Under the pieces are notes generated by a model that made no database searches, had not been told where the DNA came from, and saw only the letters and a list, made by a program, of their open reading frames with translations. Positions 1 to 9,695 of a DNA stretch of 32,000 nucleotides are shown here, one piece after another; position 1 is the stretch's first letter, and each line of letters begins with the position of its first letter. This DNA is from Acaryochloris marina MBIC11017 (lineage in GTDB: Bacteria; Cyanobacteriota; Cyanobacteriia; Thermosynechococcales; Thermosynechococcaceae). A program made the position numbers and the translations under genes. The stretch lies in contig NC_009925.1 of NCBI RefSeq assembly GCF_000018105.1, positions 180,001 through 212,000 on the forward strand, written 5' to 3'.

Positions 1-216
1 GGGACTGGTTAAAAAGTCAACACTCAGACTGCTAGCACCGTCAGAGAGCACATCGAATAGCAATGTCGCCAATACCACCAAACTAATAATGGTGGCCAGC
101 CACGTCAGGGCCTCAAAGAAACGATCCCATCGATATCTGGTATCAAGGGCAGGCTTAAATTGTGAATTTTCACTGTCTTCCAGACCGGGTAAATCCTTGG
201 GATTTGATAAAGTCAT
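1..216 (-). CDS. pstA: phosphate ABC transporter permease PstA, N-terminal part (runs off window start)
   Basis: Minus-strand translation from the ATG at 216 gives MTLSNPKDLPGLEDSENSQFKPALDTRYRWDRFFEALTWLATIISLVVLATLLFDVLSDGASSLSVDFLTSP and stays open to position 1. It has a hydrophobic first TM segment. An ATGA start/stop overlap with the pstC stop (213-215) fits the gene order pstS-pstC-pstA. Confidence 0.8.
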   Translation of the reverse strand, partial: MTLSNPKDLPGLEDSENSQFKPALDTRYRWDRFFEALTWLATIISLVVLATLLFDVLSDGASSLSVDFLTSP

Positions 217-1160
217 TCGTATTTCTCCTGGAAACGGCGGACAAACCAGAAGCTAAAGACATTCAGGCAAAAGGTGATCAGAAACAACGTCATCCCAACG
301 ACAAACAAGGTTTTATAACCAATCGTGCCGACCGGATTGTCACCAAAGGTGGCCTGAACTATAAACGAAGTCATAGTTTGCACCGAAACCCGTGGATCCA
401 GGGTCAGCACTGGGGATGCACCAGCAGCAACCGTGACAATCATCGTTTCCCCAACGGCACGGGAAATAGCCAGTACGCAGGAGGCCACAATCCCTGACAA
501 GGCAGCAGGTAGAACGACCCCGGTTACGGTTTCTCGCTTCGTTGTCCCTAATGCATAAGATCCTTGCCTAAGACTTTGGGGAACCGCATAAATGGCATCT
601 TCACTGAGGGAGGCCACCAAAGGCATAATCGCGAAGCCCATCACCATACCCGCACTCAGAGAGTTAAAAATCTTCAAACCTGGAACGAATCCCTGGAGTA
701 ACGGTGTGACGAATAACAAAGCAAAATACCCGTAGACCACGGTAGGAATACCGGCTAACACTTCCAATGCCGGTTTCAACCATCTACGAACATTGGGGGA
801 GGCATATTCACTCAGACAAATTGCAGCCAATAGACCAATTGGTAATGCCACCATCAACGCGATCAGCGAGGTCATAAAGGTCGCGCTGATCAAGACAAAA
901 ATACCGAATTGATCACTAAACAAGGGGGTCCATTGCGTATCGGTTAAAAACCGAATCAAGGGAATCTCCTTGAAAAACTCAAAGGTTTCAAAGATGAGGG
1001 TGCCAACAATGCCAACGGTGGTGGCAATGGAAATTAGAGCGAAGCTGGCAAACAAATATTTAACGATTCGTTCAGACCATACGCTCAATCCTCGTTTTGG
1101 CCTCCACAACTGTGAGTCATTAGGTGGGGGGAGTGAGGTGGATTCAGTATGCATATTCAA
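213..1160 (-). CDS. pstC: phosphate ABC transporter permease PstC
   Basis: 315-aa multi-TM ORF with an ABC permease cytoplasmic loop (LSEDAIYAVPQSLRQGSYALGTTKRET). It sits between the phosphate-binding protein gene and pstA on the same strand. Confidence 0.9.
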   Translation of the reverse strand: MNMHTESTSLPPPNDSQLWRPKRGLSVWSERIVKYLFASFALISIATTVGIVGTLIFETFEFFKEIPLIRFLTDTQWTPLFSDQFGIFVLISATFMTSLIALMVALPIGLLAAICLSEYASPNVRRWLKPALEVLAGIPTVVYGYFALLFVTPLLQGFVPGLKIFNSLSAGMVMGFAIMPLVASLSEDAIYAVPQSLRQGSYALGTTKRETVTGVVLPAALSGIVASCVLAISRAVGETMIVTVAAGASPVLTLDPRVSVQTMTSFIVQATFGDNPVGTIGYKTLFVVGMTLFLITFCLNVFSFWFVRRFQEKYE

Positions 1161-1249
1161 ACCAATCAGGTTATCTCAATTCTCCAATTACTCAGGGATT
1201 CTGAATAGAACTACCTGCCCAAACAGAATCCCTAGGTGAGTGGCGTTAA

Positions 1250-2284
1250 TTAAAGAACGTCACTCAATTTAACGCCAACTGTCTTTCCGTCAGGGAAAAT
1301 GGTTCCAGTCTTTCCTTCCTGGGCACGGGCCAACGCCTTGCCATAGATATCATCTGGCATGGGGAAGTAACCCACATCAGCGACGAGTTCCTTGTTCGCT
1401 GGATCCAAGTAAAACTCAACGAAGGACTTCATTTCGGGACGATCCATAGCCGTCTTGCTGACATAAATGAAGAGAGGGCGCGCTAGAGGAGAATAGGTTC
1501 CATCCAGAACAGTGGCATCACTAGGGGTGATACAACCATCTCCCCCATCAATTTGAACTGCTCTGAGAGAATCCTTATTTTCCTCATAGTAGGAATAACC
1601 GAAGTAGCCCATGGCATTCTTGTCGCCAGCAACACCACGGACAATGGTGTTGTCATCTTCACTAGTGGCAAAATCGCCTCGGCTCCCTTCTTCGTCAGTA
1701 ATCGCTTCATTGAAGTAATCAAAGGTACCTGAGTCTGTACCCGGTCCATAAAGGGTTAGAGGGGCATCTGGATACTTAGAATTGACCTGATTCCACTTAC
1801 TAATCTTGCCTTGAGCACCCTTTGCCCAGGCGGTCTTTAACTCGTCGACAGTCATACATTCCGCCCAATCATTATCCTTATTGACAACAACAGACAGGGC
1901 ATCATAGGCAACAGGTATTTCGATGTACTCGATATTTTTTTCCGCACACAAATCTATTTCTTTTTGCTTAATGGGGCGGGATGCATTTGAGATTTCAGTT
2001 TCACCCGCACAGAACTTCTTGAAGCCCCCACCAGTACCAGACTTACCAACGGTAATCTTGACATCACTGTTGGCCGCCTGGAATTCTTCGGCCATGGCCT
2101 CAGCAATGGGAAGAACCGTACTAGAACCATCGATCGTGATCTTGCCAGATAGGTTCGCGTCGGTGCCAGTGCTAGACGGTCCATCACTAGTCGTTTCGCC
2201 ACCCGCACAAGCGGATACACTAGCAACCAAAACAGCTAGGGAAACATAGCGGAATAAATTCATAGATTTATACTTCAGAAACAT
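1250..2284 (-). CDS. pstS: PstS-family phosphate-binding lipoprotein
   Basis: 344-aa ORF with a signal peptide and lipobox-like LVASVSAC. It carries the PstS-type motifs [18 protein letters not shown] and [18 protein letters not shown] lies 10 nt upstream of the ATG at 2284. An alternative start is at 2263 (MNLFRY). Confidence 0.9.
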   Translation of the reverse strand: MFLKYKSMNLFRYVSLAVLVASVSACAGGETTSDGPSSTGTDANLSGKITIDGSSTVLPIAEAMAEEFQAANSDVKITVGKSGTGGGFKKFCAGETEISNASRPIKQKEIDLCAEKNIEYIEIPVAYDALSVVVNKDNDWAECMTVDELKTAWAKGAQGKISKWNQVNSKYPDAPLTLYGPGTDSGTFDYFNEAITDEEGSRGDFATSEDDNTIVRGVAGDKNAMGYFGYSYYEENKDSLRAVQIDGGDGCITPSDATVLDGTYSPLARPLFIYVSKTAMDRPEMKSFVEFYLDPANKELVADVGYFPMPDDIYGKALARAQEGKTGTIFPDGKTVGVKLSDVL

Positions 2285-2356
2285 GGGTTATAAATCTCCC
2301 TAACCACACAAAAATAAGTAAGTTTATTCTACATTCCGTTGGAGAATATCTGCTCA

Positions 2357-2386
2357 AGGTAAAGAATAGGTTAAATTGGCAATAAG
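2357..2386 (-). promoter_or_regulatory. Pho-box-like triple direct repeat upstream of pstS
   Basis: On the minus strand the 8-mers CTTATTGC (2386-2379), TTTAACCT (2375-2368) and CTTTACCT (2364-2357) start exactly 11 bp apart, about 70 bp upstream of the pstS ATG. This resembles the cyanobacterial SphR Pho box, which is PyTTAAPyPy(T/A) units with 11-bp phasing. Confidence 0.45.
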
Positions 2387-2419
2387 GGCAGCTAAATAAT
2401 AAGGATAAAATGACGTAAA

Positions 2420-2800
2420 TTGTCGGTATTTTTCTTAAAATCCTTTGACATATTTTGGCAAATAAGTTACTCAAAAAAATCTTTGTTAGTTAGAATAATT
2501 AAGATACGAAAAAATATTTTGCGTGTTCGTTTGAATTCACCCCATTCTCCTAAAGACCAGTCCGATAGCAAATATCGGTATTTATACCCTCGTAGTAAAT
2601 ACAGAGGGAGCTTTACTCCTGAAAAACTTGCATTCAATGCAAATCTTCAGGAATTTGCCCATAAAGTTACTTTTATCTGTGCTCTAGAAACATCAGGAAA
2701 AATCTCTTCTCTGCAGGCTTATAAAGACATCAAGCGCCTTTGGAAACAACTTAAAAAAAGTAAGAACAACTTACAGATCGGTCAAGATCAACTGGATTAA
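2420..2800 (+). CDS. hypothetical protein (start uncertain; probably only the C-terminal ~70-90 codons are real)
   Basis: 126-aa ORF. The N-terminal third is low-complexity and AT-driven. The C-terminal part (FTPEKLAFNANLQEFAHKVTFICALETSGKISSLQAYKDIKRLWKQLKK) looks protein-like. In-frame TTG codons at 2519 and 2531 are candidate starts. Confidence 0.35.
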   Translation: MSVFFLKSFDIFWQISYSKKSLLVRIIKIRKNILRVRLNSPHSPKDQSDSKYRYLYPRSKYRGSFTPEKLAFNANLQEFAHKVTFICALETSGKISSLQAYKDIKRLWKQLKKSKNNLQIGQDQLD

Positions 2801-3241
2801 GAACTGGTTGGATTCACGAGTACTTGGAAAATATTAACTCTAATAAAGAAATACTAAATATTTCTCCCAGGAAATGATGTTTGCATAAGAGAAATATATT
2901 TAAATTTCCTCCAATTATCCTTTAGATAAGTCAATAAGAAATTTATTACAGAGAATTTAGCACAAATTCATTACTTTAATCTCTCTATCTTTCAGATCCT
3001 TTTTTTATCTATTGTTTTATCTGGATTTAGTGGTCTGTATTTTCTCAGGGAATGATGACTAAGAGACACTCTTGAAGGTTAAGCAAAGGTTAATATAAGT
3101 CTGGCTGCCCATCAGCTGGGTTCTTCAGGGCTTTTATGCCATACCATAGGGCACTGGATCTAAGAATCCTCTTCTACTGCAGAATTTCTCTTCAAGGTTG
3201 AGCATCTTCAGTAGAACTCCCTTTGCCCCAGTCTCGACCGG

Positions 3242-4285
3242 ATGAGCTTATCCACCATGAAAACTCAATCCTCATCTTCTACTCAAAAGAGAAAAACGAA
3301 GGCTTTACAGCTCGATGCCCAATTATCCTTGGGGGAAGTGGCCTATCGAGGGATTCAAAAACATTTTAAGAAATCTACTAAGTATCAAGATGGGGTACTG
3401 GCGGATCGCGATCCAGAAAATCTACACCAAATGCGAGTGGGCATGAGACGATTGAGAACTGCCCTTGAAGTATTTGGTCCTGCGATTGATCTACCCGAGG
3501 CTGCTCAATCCTCTCAGGTTACTAAAATTGCCAAGCAGTTAGGCAAGGTGCGAGATTTAGATGTCTTGCAACTCTGGTTTCAACATTTTTTATCCATTTC
3601 CAGTACGAGCGCTGAAGAAGCCCAGGAAATTAAGCGGGTTTTAGGCCGACTAAACAAACGCCGTCAGAAAAAGTTCGCTCAACTCCCCAAATTGTTTAAG
3701 AGCAAACTCTATCGACAATTTGTCGCCGCATACCAAGATTGGCTAGAAAAGCCACAATACCAGGCTATTGCCATGATGCCTGTATTAGATGTGGTCCCAG
3801 ATTTATTATTGCCTCTGCTCAGCCAACTCTTTCTTCATCCTGGGTGGCTAGTGGCAACGGAACCCCTTGAAGGGCGCATCTATCCTATGGTGGGCATGAG
3901 TATGGAAGCTCTGGATCAGGTGTTGGCTCAAGAAGGACCCGATCTGCATGATTTGCGTAAGCAAATGAAACGAGTGCGCTATCAAACAGAGTTCTTTGTT
4001 CCATTTTTCGGAAAAACCTATCAGACTCAGACGCGGGGCTTTAGAGATCTGCAAGAATTATTGGGACTTTTCCAAGATGAGGCAGTCTTAAGTGAATTCT
4101 TGGTCAAAGAATTGGGAGCCTCTTGGCCAGATCAGCTTCCTTCCTTAGCCAAGCTACTGCAAGAAGAGCGGTTTCGAAACTGGAAAAAATGGCAAGCGCA
4201 ACAGCTCAAGTATTTGGATCCAAAGTTCCGACGAACCCTCAGCCGTCGAGTTATGTCACCATCCTTGGAAACACTGACGACCTGA
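3242..4285 (+). CDS. CHAD domain-containing protein
   Basis: 347-aa all-helical ORF with the CHAD signature LHQMRVGMRRLRTALEVF and a second conserved block LHDLRKQMKRVRYQTEFF. It is adjacent to the pst operon. Confidence 0.85.
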   Translation: MSLSTMKTQSSSSTQKRKTKALQLDAQLSLGEVAYRGIQKHFKKSTKYQDGVLADRDPENLHQMRVGMRRLRTALEVFGPAIDLPEAAQSSQVTKIAKQLGKVRDLDVLQLWFQHFLSISSTSAEEAQEIKRVLGRLNKRRQKKFAQLPKLFKSKLYRQFVAAYQDWLEKPQYQAIAMMPVLDVVPDLLLPLLSQLFLHPGWLVATEPLEGRIYPMVGMSMEALDQVLAQEGPDLHDLRKQMKRVRYQTEFFVPFFGKTYQTQTRGFRDLQELLGLFQDEAVLSEFLVKELGASWPDQLPSLAKLLQEERFRNWKKWQAQQLKYLDPKFRRTLSRRVMSPSLETLTT

Positions 4286-4335
4286 TATTGGCCTTCGCAA
4301 GATTCCAAACAGACCAGAAAAACAGATAGGTGAAC

Positions 4336-4878
4336 TTAGGATAGAGCTGGACTATCTGGATGTAATTTATCCCAATCCCAGGCATGGGGGTTGGTAGTGA
4401 TGTATTGGTGGAAAGTGTGAAAGGCAAACCGATGAGGAATGATGTGCTGATCCACTTCTTGTTGCCAAAGGGGTTGATGGGGCAAGTTTCTCAGATGCTT
4501 GATGCGTTGGCTGGCCATCCCTTTAAAGGATGAGATCCACTTGAGCAGGGAATGCGATCGCACCTTCGTTTCCTGCATCAGGGGCTGTTGGGCCAGGTCT
4601 TGGGAGCTTGGGTTAGCTGCGCCAATAATGCCGTGAATATGGTTAGGCATCATCACCCAATGGTGGAGGTCAAAGTCGGAACTCTGATCGAATGAGATCT
4701 GCCATTCTTCTGCAACTAATGCTCCTAAATCATTAAGCTGCATTTCACCAGCAATAATTTCCCCAAACAAGCACTCTCGTTCATGGGTGCAGAGAGTAAT
4801 AAAGTAGGTCTCTGTCTGAGGAAATGTCGATTGGAGGGTGGGGGCTGTGGGGGAAGGGAGGGTTAAAGTTTGAGACAC
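4336..4878 (-). CDS. IS200/IS605-like Y1 (HUH) transposase, REP-associated tyrosine transposase-like
   Basis: 180-aa ORF with the HUH motif in MMPNHIHGIIG and a C-terminal catalytic-Tyr motif QYITTNPHAW (YIxxNP). The N-terminal YFITLCTHERECLFGEI is typical of this family. I saw no terminal hairpins or a second copy in the window. Confidence 0.75.
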   Translation of the reverse strand: MSQTLTLPSPTAPTLQSTFPQTETYFITLCTHERECLFGEIIAGEMQLNDLGALVAEEWQISFDQSSDFDLHHWVMMPNHIHGIIGAANPSSQDLAQQPLMQETKVRSHSLLKWISSFKGMASQRIKHLRNLPHQPLWQQEVDQHIIPHRFAFHTFHQYITTNPHAWDWDKLHPDSPALS

Positions 4879-5556
4879 GAGAGGAAAGCTATTGTTGTTG
4901 GAAAGAGTTGAGTTGGATTTGAATGCATTGTCCTTAGAATGCCCATATGAATGGAAAATCTAAAGAATATAAAAATAGTTAATAAGTAATATTACTAATG
5001 TTTACTATTAATTAATCCGTAATTCAATTATGGCAAATATTTAGAATAGACGTCGTTTCTTTCGATACAAAATAGAGAATTAAACCTATAGATTATGTGC
5101 CTATTGATTGGAACTAATCTCGTTGATTGCCATCAGTAAATGTGCGTAATTCTTACTAATTGAGAGAAAATATATTGAAAGTTGACATTTGTTATACAAC
5201 GAATACAACAAAGAAGACTCAACCTGAATCTCTTAGAACGCATGATAGCTACTGCAAGTCTTTCTAACACGGCCTAATATAGCTCTGTTTAGCAGTGCTT
5301 GACTGAAAATTGGGTCTTGAGCTGCTCTGCTTAGGTACAGTTTGGGGGCAATCCCGTTGAATTTTTTTTCACCAGATCGCAACTAACGTTGCTGAACAAT
5401 TTATTCTAGGCTGATGATACCCCCAACCAGTGCTGAAAAATAGTCGGATAATCGGCCTTGGAACGCAGCGAGCTCAACGATGGCCATTGCACCCAATACT
5501 CAAACTATTTTGGTTTGCCCAATAGGAAAAATAGTTATGAACATAGATATCCAGCT

Positions 5557-5697
5557 TTAAGGAGTCTTAGACTCTCGATGCGCTGTCTTACGCTTTGGAA
5601 ATGAGCGATTAGACTGGGCAAAGGCCTCGGTTCCAAACCTACCCAGGGAAGACATCAGGCTAGAGAAAATAGCCAGGCTGCTTAATAACTTTTTCAT
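5557..5697 (-). CDS. possible small secreted peptide (46 aa), speculative
   Basis: Below the ORF-track cutoff. Sequence is MKKLLSSLAIFSSLMSSLGRFGTEAFAQSNRSFPKRKTAHRESKTP. It has a signal-peptide-like N-terminus ending AFA-Q, and AGAGGA lies 9 nt upstream of the ATG. Confidence 0.2.
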   Translation of the reverse strand: MKKLLSSLAIFSSLMSSLGRFGTEAFAQSNRSFPKRKTAHRESKTP

Positions 5698-5997
5698 GGA
5701 AATATCCTCTAAATTGATATTTCTATGAAAACACTAAAAAATCAGCTTTCATGGGATACATCCCACAACCTCGTAGAGATATTATCTGCAAAATTGTGTG
5801 GGTTAGATCATGGCCTCACGCCCATTGGATCGGTAGAATAGCTGAATTCAGAATGATGTTATAACCTGACAACGATTTAGCCCTGACATACAAGAGACCT
5901 GTGATAGGTACACCACAGCATCTTGTCAGTGCAGCCCAGTACGATATTGATTTTATTGAGTCCCACACATTTCATTCATCAGAAATGCCCCAGGAGA

Positions 5998-6726
5998 TTA
6001 GAACGCCATTTCTATTTTCTTAAAGTCCAGCTCAATTTCAGCCCAAAGAGCCTTATTGTGAGGATCCGTATTCAATGCCTTCTTAAGATAAGCTCTAGCC
6101 TGATTGAGTTTTCGTTCCCGGATGAGCTGCCGTCCCCAGGATTGGTAAATAATAGCCTGCCATTGTCTCACTTCCGCATCCTGGGGGAGACGTTGGGCCA
6201 GGGCTTCAATAAGGGCAACGGCTCTGGGAAATCTCTGGCGCTGAATTAATTCTTGAAGTTGCTTATAAGAATCCACCTTCAGCTTGATGTCTGCGGGTGA
6301 AAGGGAGGATTTTCTAGTGGAAGTGGCAGGCTTGGGTTGGGGGGTGGGCTGTTTAGAAACCGTTGCTCGTGGCCTGGATGTCGCAGCTTGAGGTCGAGCC
6401 TGACGTTGAGGCTGTTGTGGAGGCGGGGGCGAAGAAGGTTTTGTCGACTGGGTCGAGACCTTGACTGAGGGGGCAGAACGGGGCTTTGCTGTTGCTCTGG
6501 ATGGAACAGATGCAGGAACTGTGCTGTTATTCGGGGCAGGAGGGACAATTTTTTGCAGCGTTTTGTAAGCCTCAGTAACCTGAATAAATTTCTCATGGGC
6601 GAGTTGATCGCCCGGATTGGTATCCGGGTGCCATTGCCTTGCTAGTCGACGATATGAGGCTTTGAGGTCTTCTATATTGGCTCTAGAAGTCAGTTGTAGC
6701 AGGCGATAGCAGTCTGCGATATCCAT
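5998..6726 (-). CDS. DnaJ (J-domain) protein with Pro/Ser/Thr-rich linker and TPR-like C-terminus
   Basis: N-terminal J domain (YRRLARQWHPDTNPGD...KFIQVTEAYKTL, containing HPD). This is followed by a low-complexity P/S/T/Q linker, then helical repeats resembling TPR (ARAYLKKALNTDPHNKALW). Confidence 0.85.
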   Translation of the reverse strand: MDIADCYRLLQLTSRANIEDLKASYRRLARQWHPDTNPGDQLAHEKFIQVTEAYKTLQKIVPPAPNNSTVPASVPSRATAKPRSAPSVKVSTQSTKPSSPPPPQQPQRQARPQAATSRPRATVSKQPTPQPKPATSTRKSSLSPADIKLKVDSYKQLQELIQRQRFPRAVALIEALAQRLPQDAEVRQWQAIIYQSWGRQLIRERKLNQARAYLKKALNTDPHNKALWAEIELDFKKIEMAF

Positions 6727-7123
6727 GTGTTTTGTTAAAGTCAGAAAACCCTTAATTAAATTTAGATCACCTATCGGGATGCTTGATTTATTTATTCCAC
6801 CTCTATAGTTGTCACTTCCAACAAATTTCTTTCACCATGAGCAAATATATTCACGTTGAACCACAGTAGCATCAACTCTAAGTTCGCAACAATAGGCTAT
6901 TTGCGGATTTACCAGAGTCTGACTGGCTAGAATACTGCATCATCGAGGTCAATCTATAGAGTCTGAACCAGCCAAAGAAAGGTAAAACTGATTCCATAGG
7001 TTTAAGCATTGTCTTTAAACTCAGGTGAGACACCAAGGTTTGCTAAACTGCCTCTACCACTCAACATATGGACGAACGGTTTGGTTTGACTGTCTCTACT
7101 GCTGTTTGTAGCAGGTACCCCTT

Positions 7124-7498
7124 GTGCAACAACTACCGAGCTTCTGTATTGTTCACCCTCCTCAACATCTCACTTCCACAACCCAAGACGTGTTTTATCA
7201 ACATATCTATGAGCTGGTTCAATCTCGGGTTGAGGTCATTCTAATCAATTTGGAAACCGTCACCCGTCTTGATAGCGGGGGTTTAGGTATTTTATTTGGC
7301 GCTTTTCGGATTTCCCATCGTCAAGGAAAGCGGTTAATGTTGTATTCGCCTCAATCCCATGTGGTTCAGAATCTCCACAAGACAGGACTGACCCAAATCG
7401 TGGGGACTTATGCAACCCTAGCAGACTGCATCAAAGATGCTATTCCCTACTCCCATCGCTGGGTTCAAGATCTATCGATTCAACTGCCTGAGTTTTAA
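7124..7498 (+). CDS. STAS domain protein (anti-sigma-factor antagonist family)
   Basis: 124 aa with a GTG start in the track. Motif VILINLETVTRLDSGGLGILFGAFR...GKRLMLYSPQSHVVQNLHKTGL matches the SpoIIAA/STAS fold, with a candidate phospho-Ser in DSGG. Confidence 0.75.
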   Translation: MQQLPSFCIVHPPQHLTSTTQDVFYQHIYELVQSRVEVILINLETVTRLDSGGLGILFGAFRISHRQGKRLMLYSPQSHVVQNLHKTGLTQIVGTYATLADCIKDAIPYSHRWVQDLSIQLPEF

Positions 7499-7548
7499 GG
7501 TTCAACGAGATTCATTCAAGGGAGCGTGGAGCTGAAGATCTGGCACCT

Positions 7549-8475
7549 TTACTCTTTAACTAGGCGAAAACCAAAAAGAATATGACGAGAATTTTGGGAA
7601 CGGGAATGTTGGTAGGCCGCTCGACAAAAGCCCGGTGAATCATCCCACGAGCATCCCTTCATTACAACTGCTGAGCGAATGACCTGTTGCGTTAGGGTAG
7701 ATGTATATTCAAAGACATTTCCCGCCATATCTTCTACCCCGGCTGGACTCCGACTGAGGGGATAAGTTGCGATCGCACTGGTCTGCAGTCCACCATGATT
7801 AGCCCAGTTGGTGGCATCGGCTTGCCAATCATTGCCCCAAGGAAAGTAGCGGCCATCGGTTCCCCGAGCGGCTTGCTCCCACTCTAAGGCAGTGGGTAAG
7901 CGATAGGACTGTCCATCTTGTTGGCCTCGCCATTGAGCAAAGGCTTGGGCATCGGGATAAGACACTAAAACAACGGGGTGCTGACCTTTACCCGTTGGAA
8001 AGCGTTGACCTTGCCAAAGAAAGGGTTTGACGGAGAGATAGGGGTGCACTAGGAACCCTTGTTTTTGATAATCATCAGCAGAAATAAATGGCGAACGATG
8101 ACCCGTGGCTTTAACGAAGGCTTGGTATTCCGCATTGGTGATCAGGTTTTTTCCCATACAAACTGATGGTTGCGATCGCACCTGCCGATTCGGTTCTCCA
8201 TCGAACCAGCCCCTTTTGCGTAAACGGGCTTCCGCTTTGGCCCGCTGTTCCGGTTGCTGGGCCGAGGCCGCTGCTGAGATGCGATAGGCATAATCTCGTT
8301 CTTGGCGATCGCTCCCGAGGATATAGTCTCCCCCCTCAATCCAAACGAAATCCCCCCCCTGCTCGCACTGAGTTGGCGTTAAAGACGATGGCTTCACTCC
8401 AGTCTGACAGCCCAAGAGCTGAGTTAAAGTCAGCACCCCCAGCAAGGATAATTTGAGGTTGAAGGATGGATGCAT
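7549..8475 (-). CDS. formylglycine-generating enzyme (SUMF1/FGE-sulfatase) family lipoprotein
   Basis: 308 aa with a lipoprotein signal (LTLTQLLGCQ). FGE-domain motifs are RLPTALEWEQAARG, YPWGN-like FPWGNDW, GNVFEYTS and GCSWDDSP...FGFRLV. Confidence 0.85.
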   Translation of the reverse strand: MHPSFNLKLSLLGVLTLTQLLGCQTGVKPSSLTPTQCEQGGDFVWIEGGDYILGSDRQERDYAYRISAAASAQQPEQRAKAEARLRKRGWFDGEPNRQVRSQPSVCMGKNLITNAEYQAFVKATGHRSPFISADDYQKQGFLVHPYLSVKPFLWQGQRFPTGKGQHPVVLVSYPDAQAFAQWRGQQDGQSYRLPTALEWEQAARGTDGRYFPWGNDWQADATNWANHGGLQTSAIATYPLSRSPAGVEDMAGNVFEYTSTLTQQVIRSAVVMKGCSWDDSPGFCRAAYQHSRSQNSRHILFGFRLVKE

Positions 8476-8563
8476 GGGTCTCCAAAGGATTGAGAGTAAC
8501 CCTTTTTATCTTAAGGGGGCAGGTTTCCAAAGGCTCAAAGGGGAAGTCTGCCTAGGTCTGGGA

Positions 8564-8839
8564 CTACATATCCGTCTTGTTGGGGCCTGGCATCATGTCC
8601 GGTGTATAGACATTCCCAGCTTCAATGCGTCCCACTAATGTTGCGCCTGTGCCGCAGAGAATCACTACAATTTGGGAGATATCCTTGCCGGTCATTTTAC
8701 CCTCATCTACACTGTTGCCAACGATGGGGGCAATGGCAGCAACGGTCGTAAAGATAATTCCCCAGAAGGTCTTACTGGAAAAAATACTTTTACCTGAGCT
8801 GTTGGATGGAATGGAAGGGGGATGAGTGATGGTATTCAT
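8564..8839 (-). CDS. hypothetical small membrane protein
   Basis: 91-aa ORF with two hydrophobic segments (FWGIIFTTVAAIAPIV and ISQIVVILCGTGATLV). I recognised no family. Confidence 0.45.
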   Translation of the reverse strand: MNTITHPPSIPSNSSGKSIFSSKTFWGIIFTTVAAIAPIVGNSVDEGKMTGKDISQIVVILCGTGATLVGRIEAGNVYTPDMMPGPNKTDM

Positions 8840-9138
8840 AGCTGCTTCCTGATTCGATACTCCATACCTTAAGAGAGAGTTCGGTCAGCATCAGTGACTG
8901 TTGTGGGGTAAAAATGTGACGCTGATCGAATAAAAATCAGGCTAATTTTATTTTTTAAGGTCAATATTCGCCAAAATTAAACTTTCACAGAGAGATACTA
9001 GCATTGACAATGAAACCCAGGGAATGGCTCCCCTGGGCAGACTCCTTGGTGTGAGAAGTTAATCTACTTTGATAGTAGACAGGGAATCTGAGTATTGGCT
9101 GATGAAAGTCTGAGAAACAAGCAAGGATTTAATGGGAA

Positions 9139-9624
9139 TTAGGGGGAAGATGGATTGCCTGCTTCTTCCTCTGTCGCCCCCTCAGTTTCTAAGGGAAAGA
9201 ACTGCATCTGCTTATGGGATTTAATGGCTTTATCAACTTGTTGCCACTGCACTAACGTAATTCTGATTTTGCCAGTGGTATTGAGCTCATTTTGGAAGCG
9301 GCCAGTTGTGCCAGCGGTCAAGATCTTGGGGGTAATTTCGGCTGTGCCTGCTTCAATAATTTTGTCCGTCTCTTCAGAATAAATTTCGTAATAGACCAGG
9401 GGGGTCAGAATTGAAGCATCTGACTGATTTTTTAAACTGCCCCGTAACGTATAGAACCAGGTGTCAGCAAAGTTCTCTTTCAAAATTTCTACTTCTGTAA
9501 CCACTGCGGCGGGTGGCTTTTTGTCCTTTTTAGCGAGTAAAACATTAGAAGATAGAGCCGGACTGGGCAGGAGGACGCTGCTTTGCAATGCGACAAGGGT
9601 TGAATAGAGAAAGAGGTTGGCCAT
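9139..9624 (-). CDS. hypothetical secreted protein
   Basis: 161-aa ORF with a hydrophobic N-terminal signal-like segment, a beta-rich middle and an acidic tail. I recognised no family. Confidence 0.5.
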   Translation of the reverse strand: MANLFLYSTLVALQSSVLLPSPALSSNVLLAKKDKKPPAAVVTEVEILKENFADTWFYTLRGSLKNQSDASILTPLVYYEIYSEETDKIIEAGTAEITPKILTAGTTGRFQNELNTTGKIRITLVQWQQVDKAIKSHKQMQFFPLETEGATEEEAGNPSSP

Positions 9625-9695
9625 AGTGGGGGACAGTAAACTTTAGAGTCTAAGACGAGGTGAAAGGGATCAGTCGTTCCCGCTTGCAGTCAATA

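Noticed and set aside
162-2249. Track ORFs 162-497(+), 970-1239(+), 1483-1749(-), 1923-2249(+) and 1954-2226(-) inside the pstC/pstS region
   Set aside because: They lie antisense or out of frame within strongly supported pstC and pstS genes, and their translations are low-complexity or implausible. They are shadow ORFs.
2861-3058. Repeated motif TTTCTC(C)CAGGAAATGATG / TTTCTCAGGGAATGATGA at ~2861 and ~3041
   Set aside because: It is short, imperfect and sits in AT-rich spacer. That is not enough to call a repeat family or a binding site.
5923-6596. ORFs 5923-6249(+) and 6279-6596(-) overlapping the DnaJ gene
   Set aside because: They are alternative-frame or antisense readings of the J-domain/TPR gene. 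The 6279-6596 frame is just the Pro/Ser-rich linker read out of frame.
7549-8475. FGE/C-type-lectin-fold gene as a possible diversity-generating retroelement (DGR) target
   Set aside because: FGE-sulfatase domains are classic DGR variable proteins in cyanobacteria. However, I found no second copy (template repeat) of the gene's 3' end and no reverse transcriptase anywhere in the window.
8105-8825. Cluster of short ORFs (8105-8287, 8142-8339, 8166-8456, 8336-8530, 8453-8638, 8625-8825)
   Set aside because: They overlap the FGE gene or the 91-aa ORF in other frames, with Arg/Pro/Ala-rich nonsense typical of off-frame GC-rich coding DNA.
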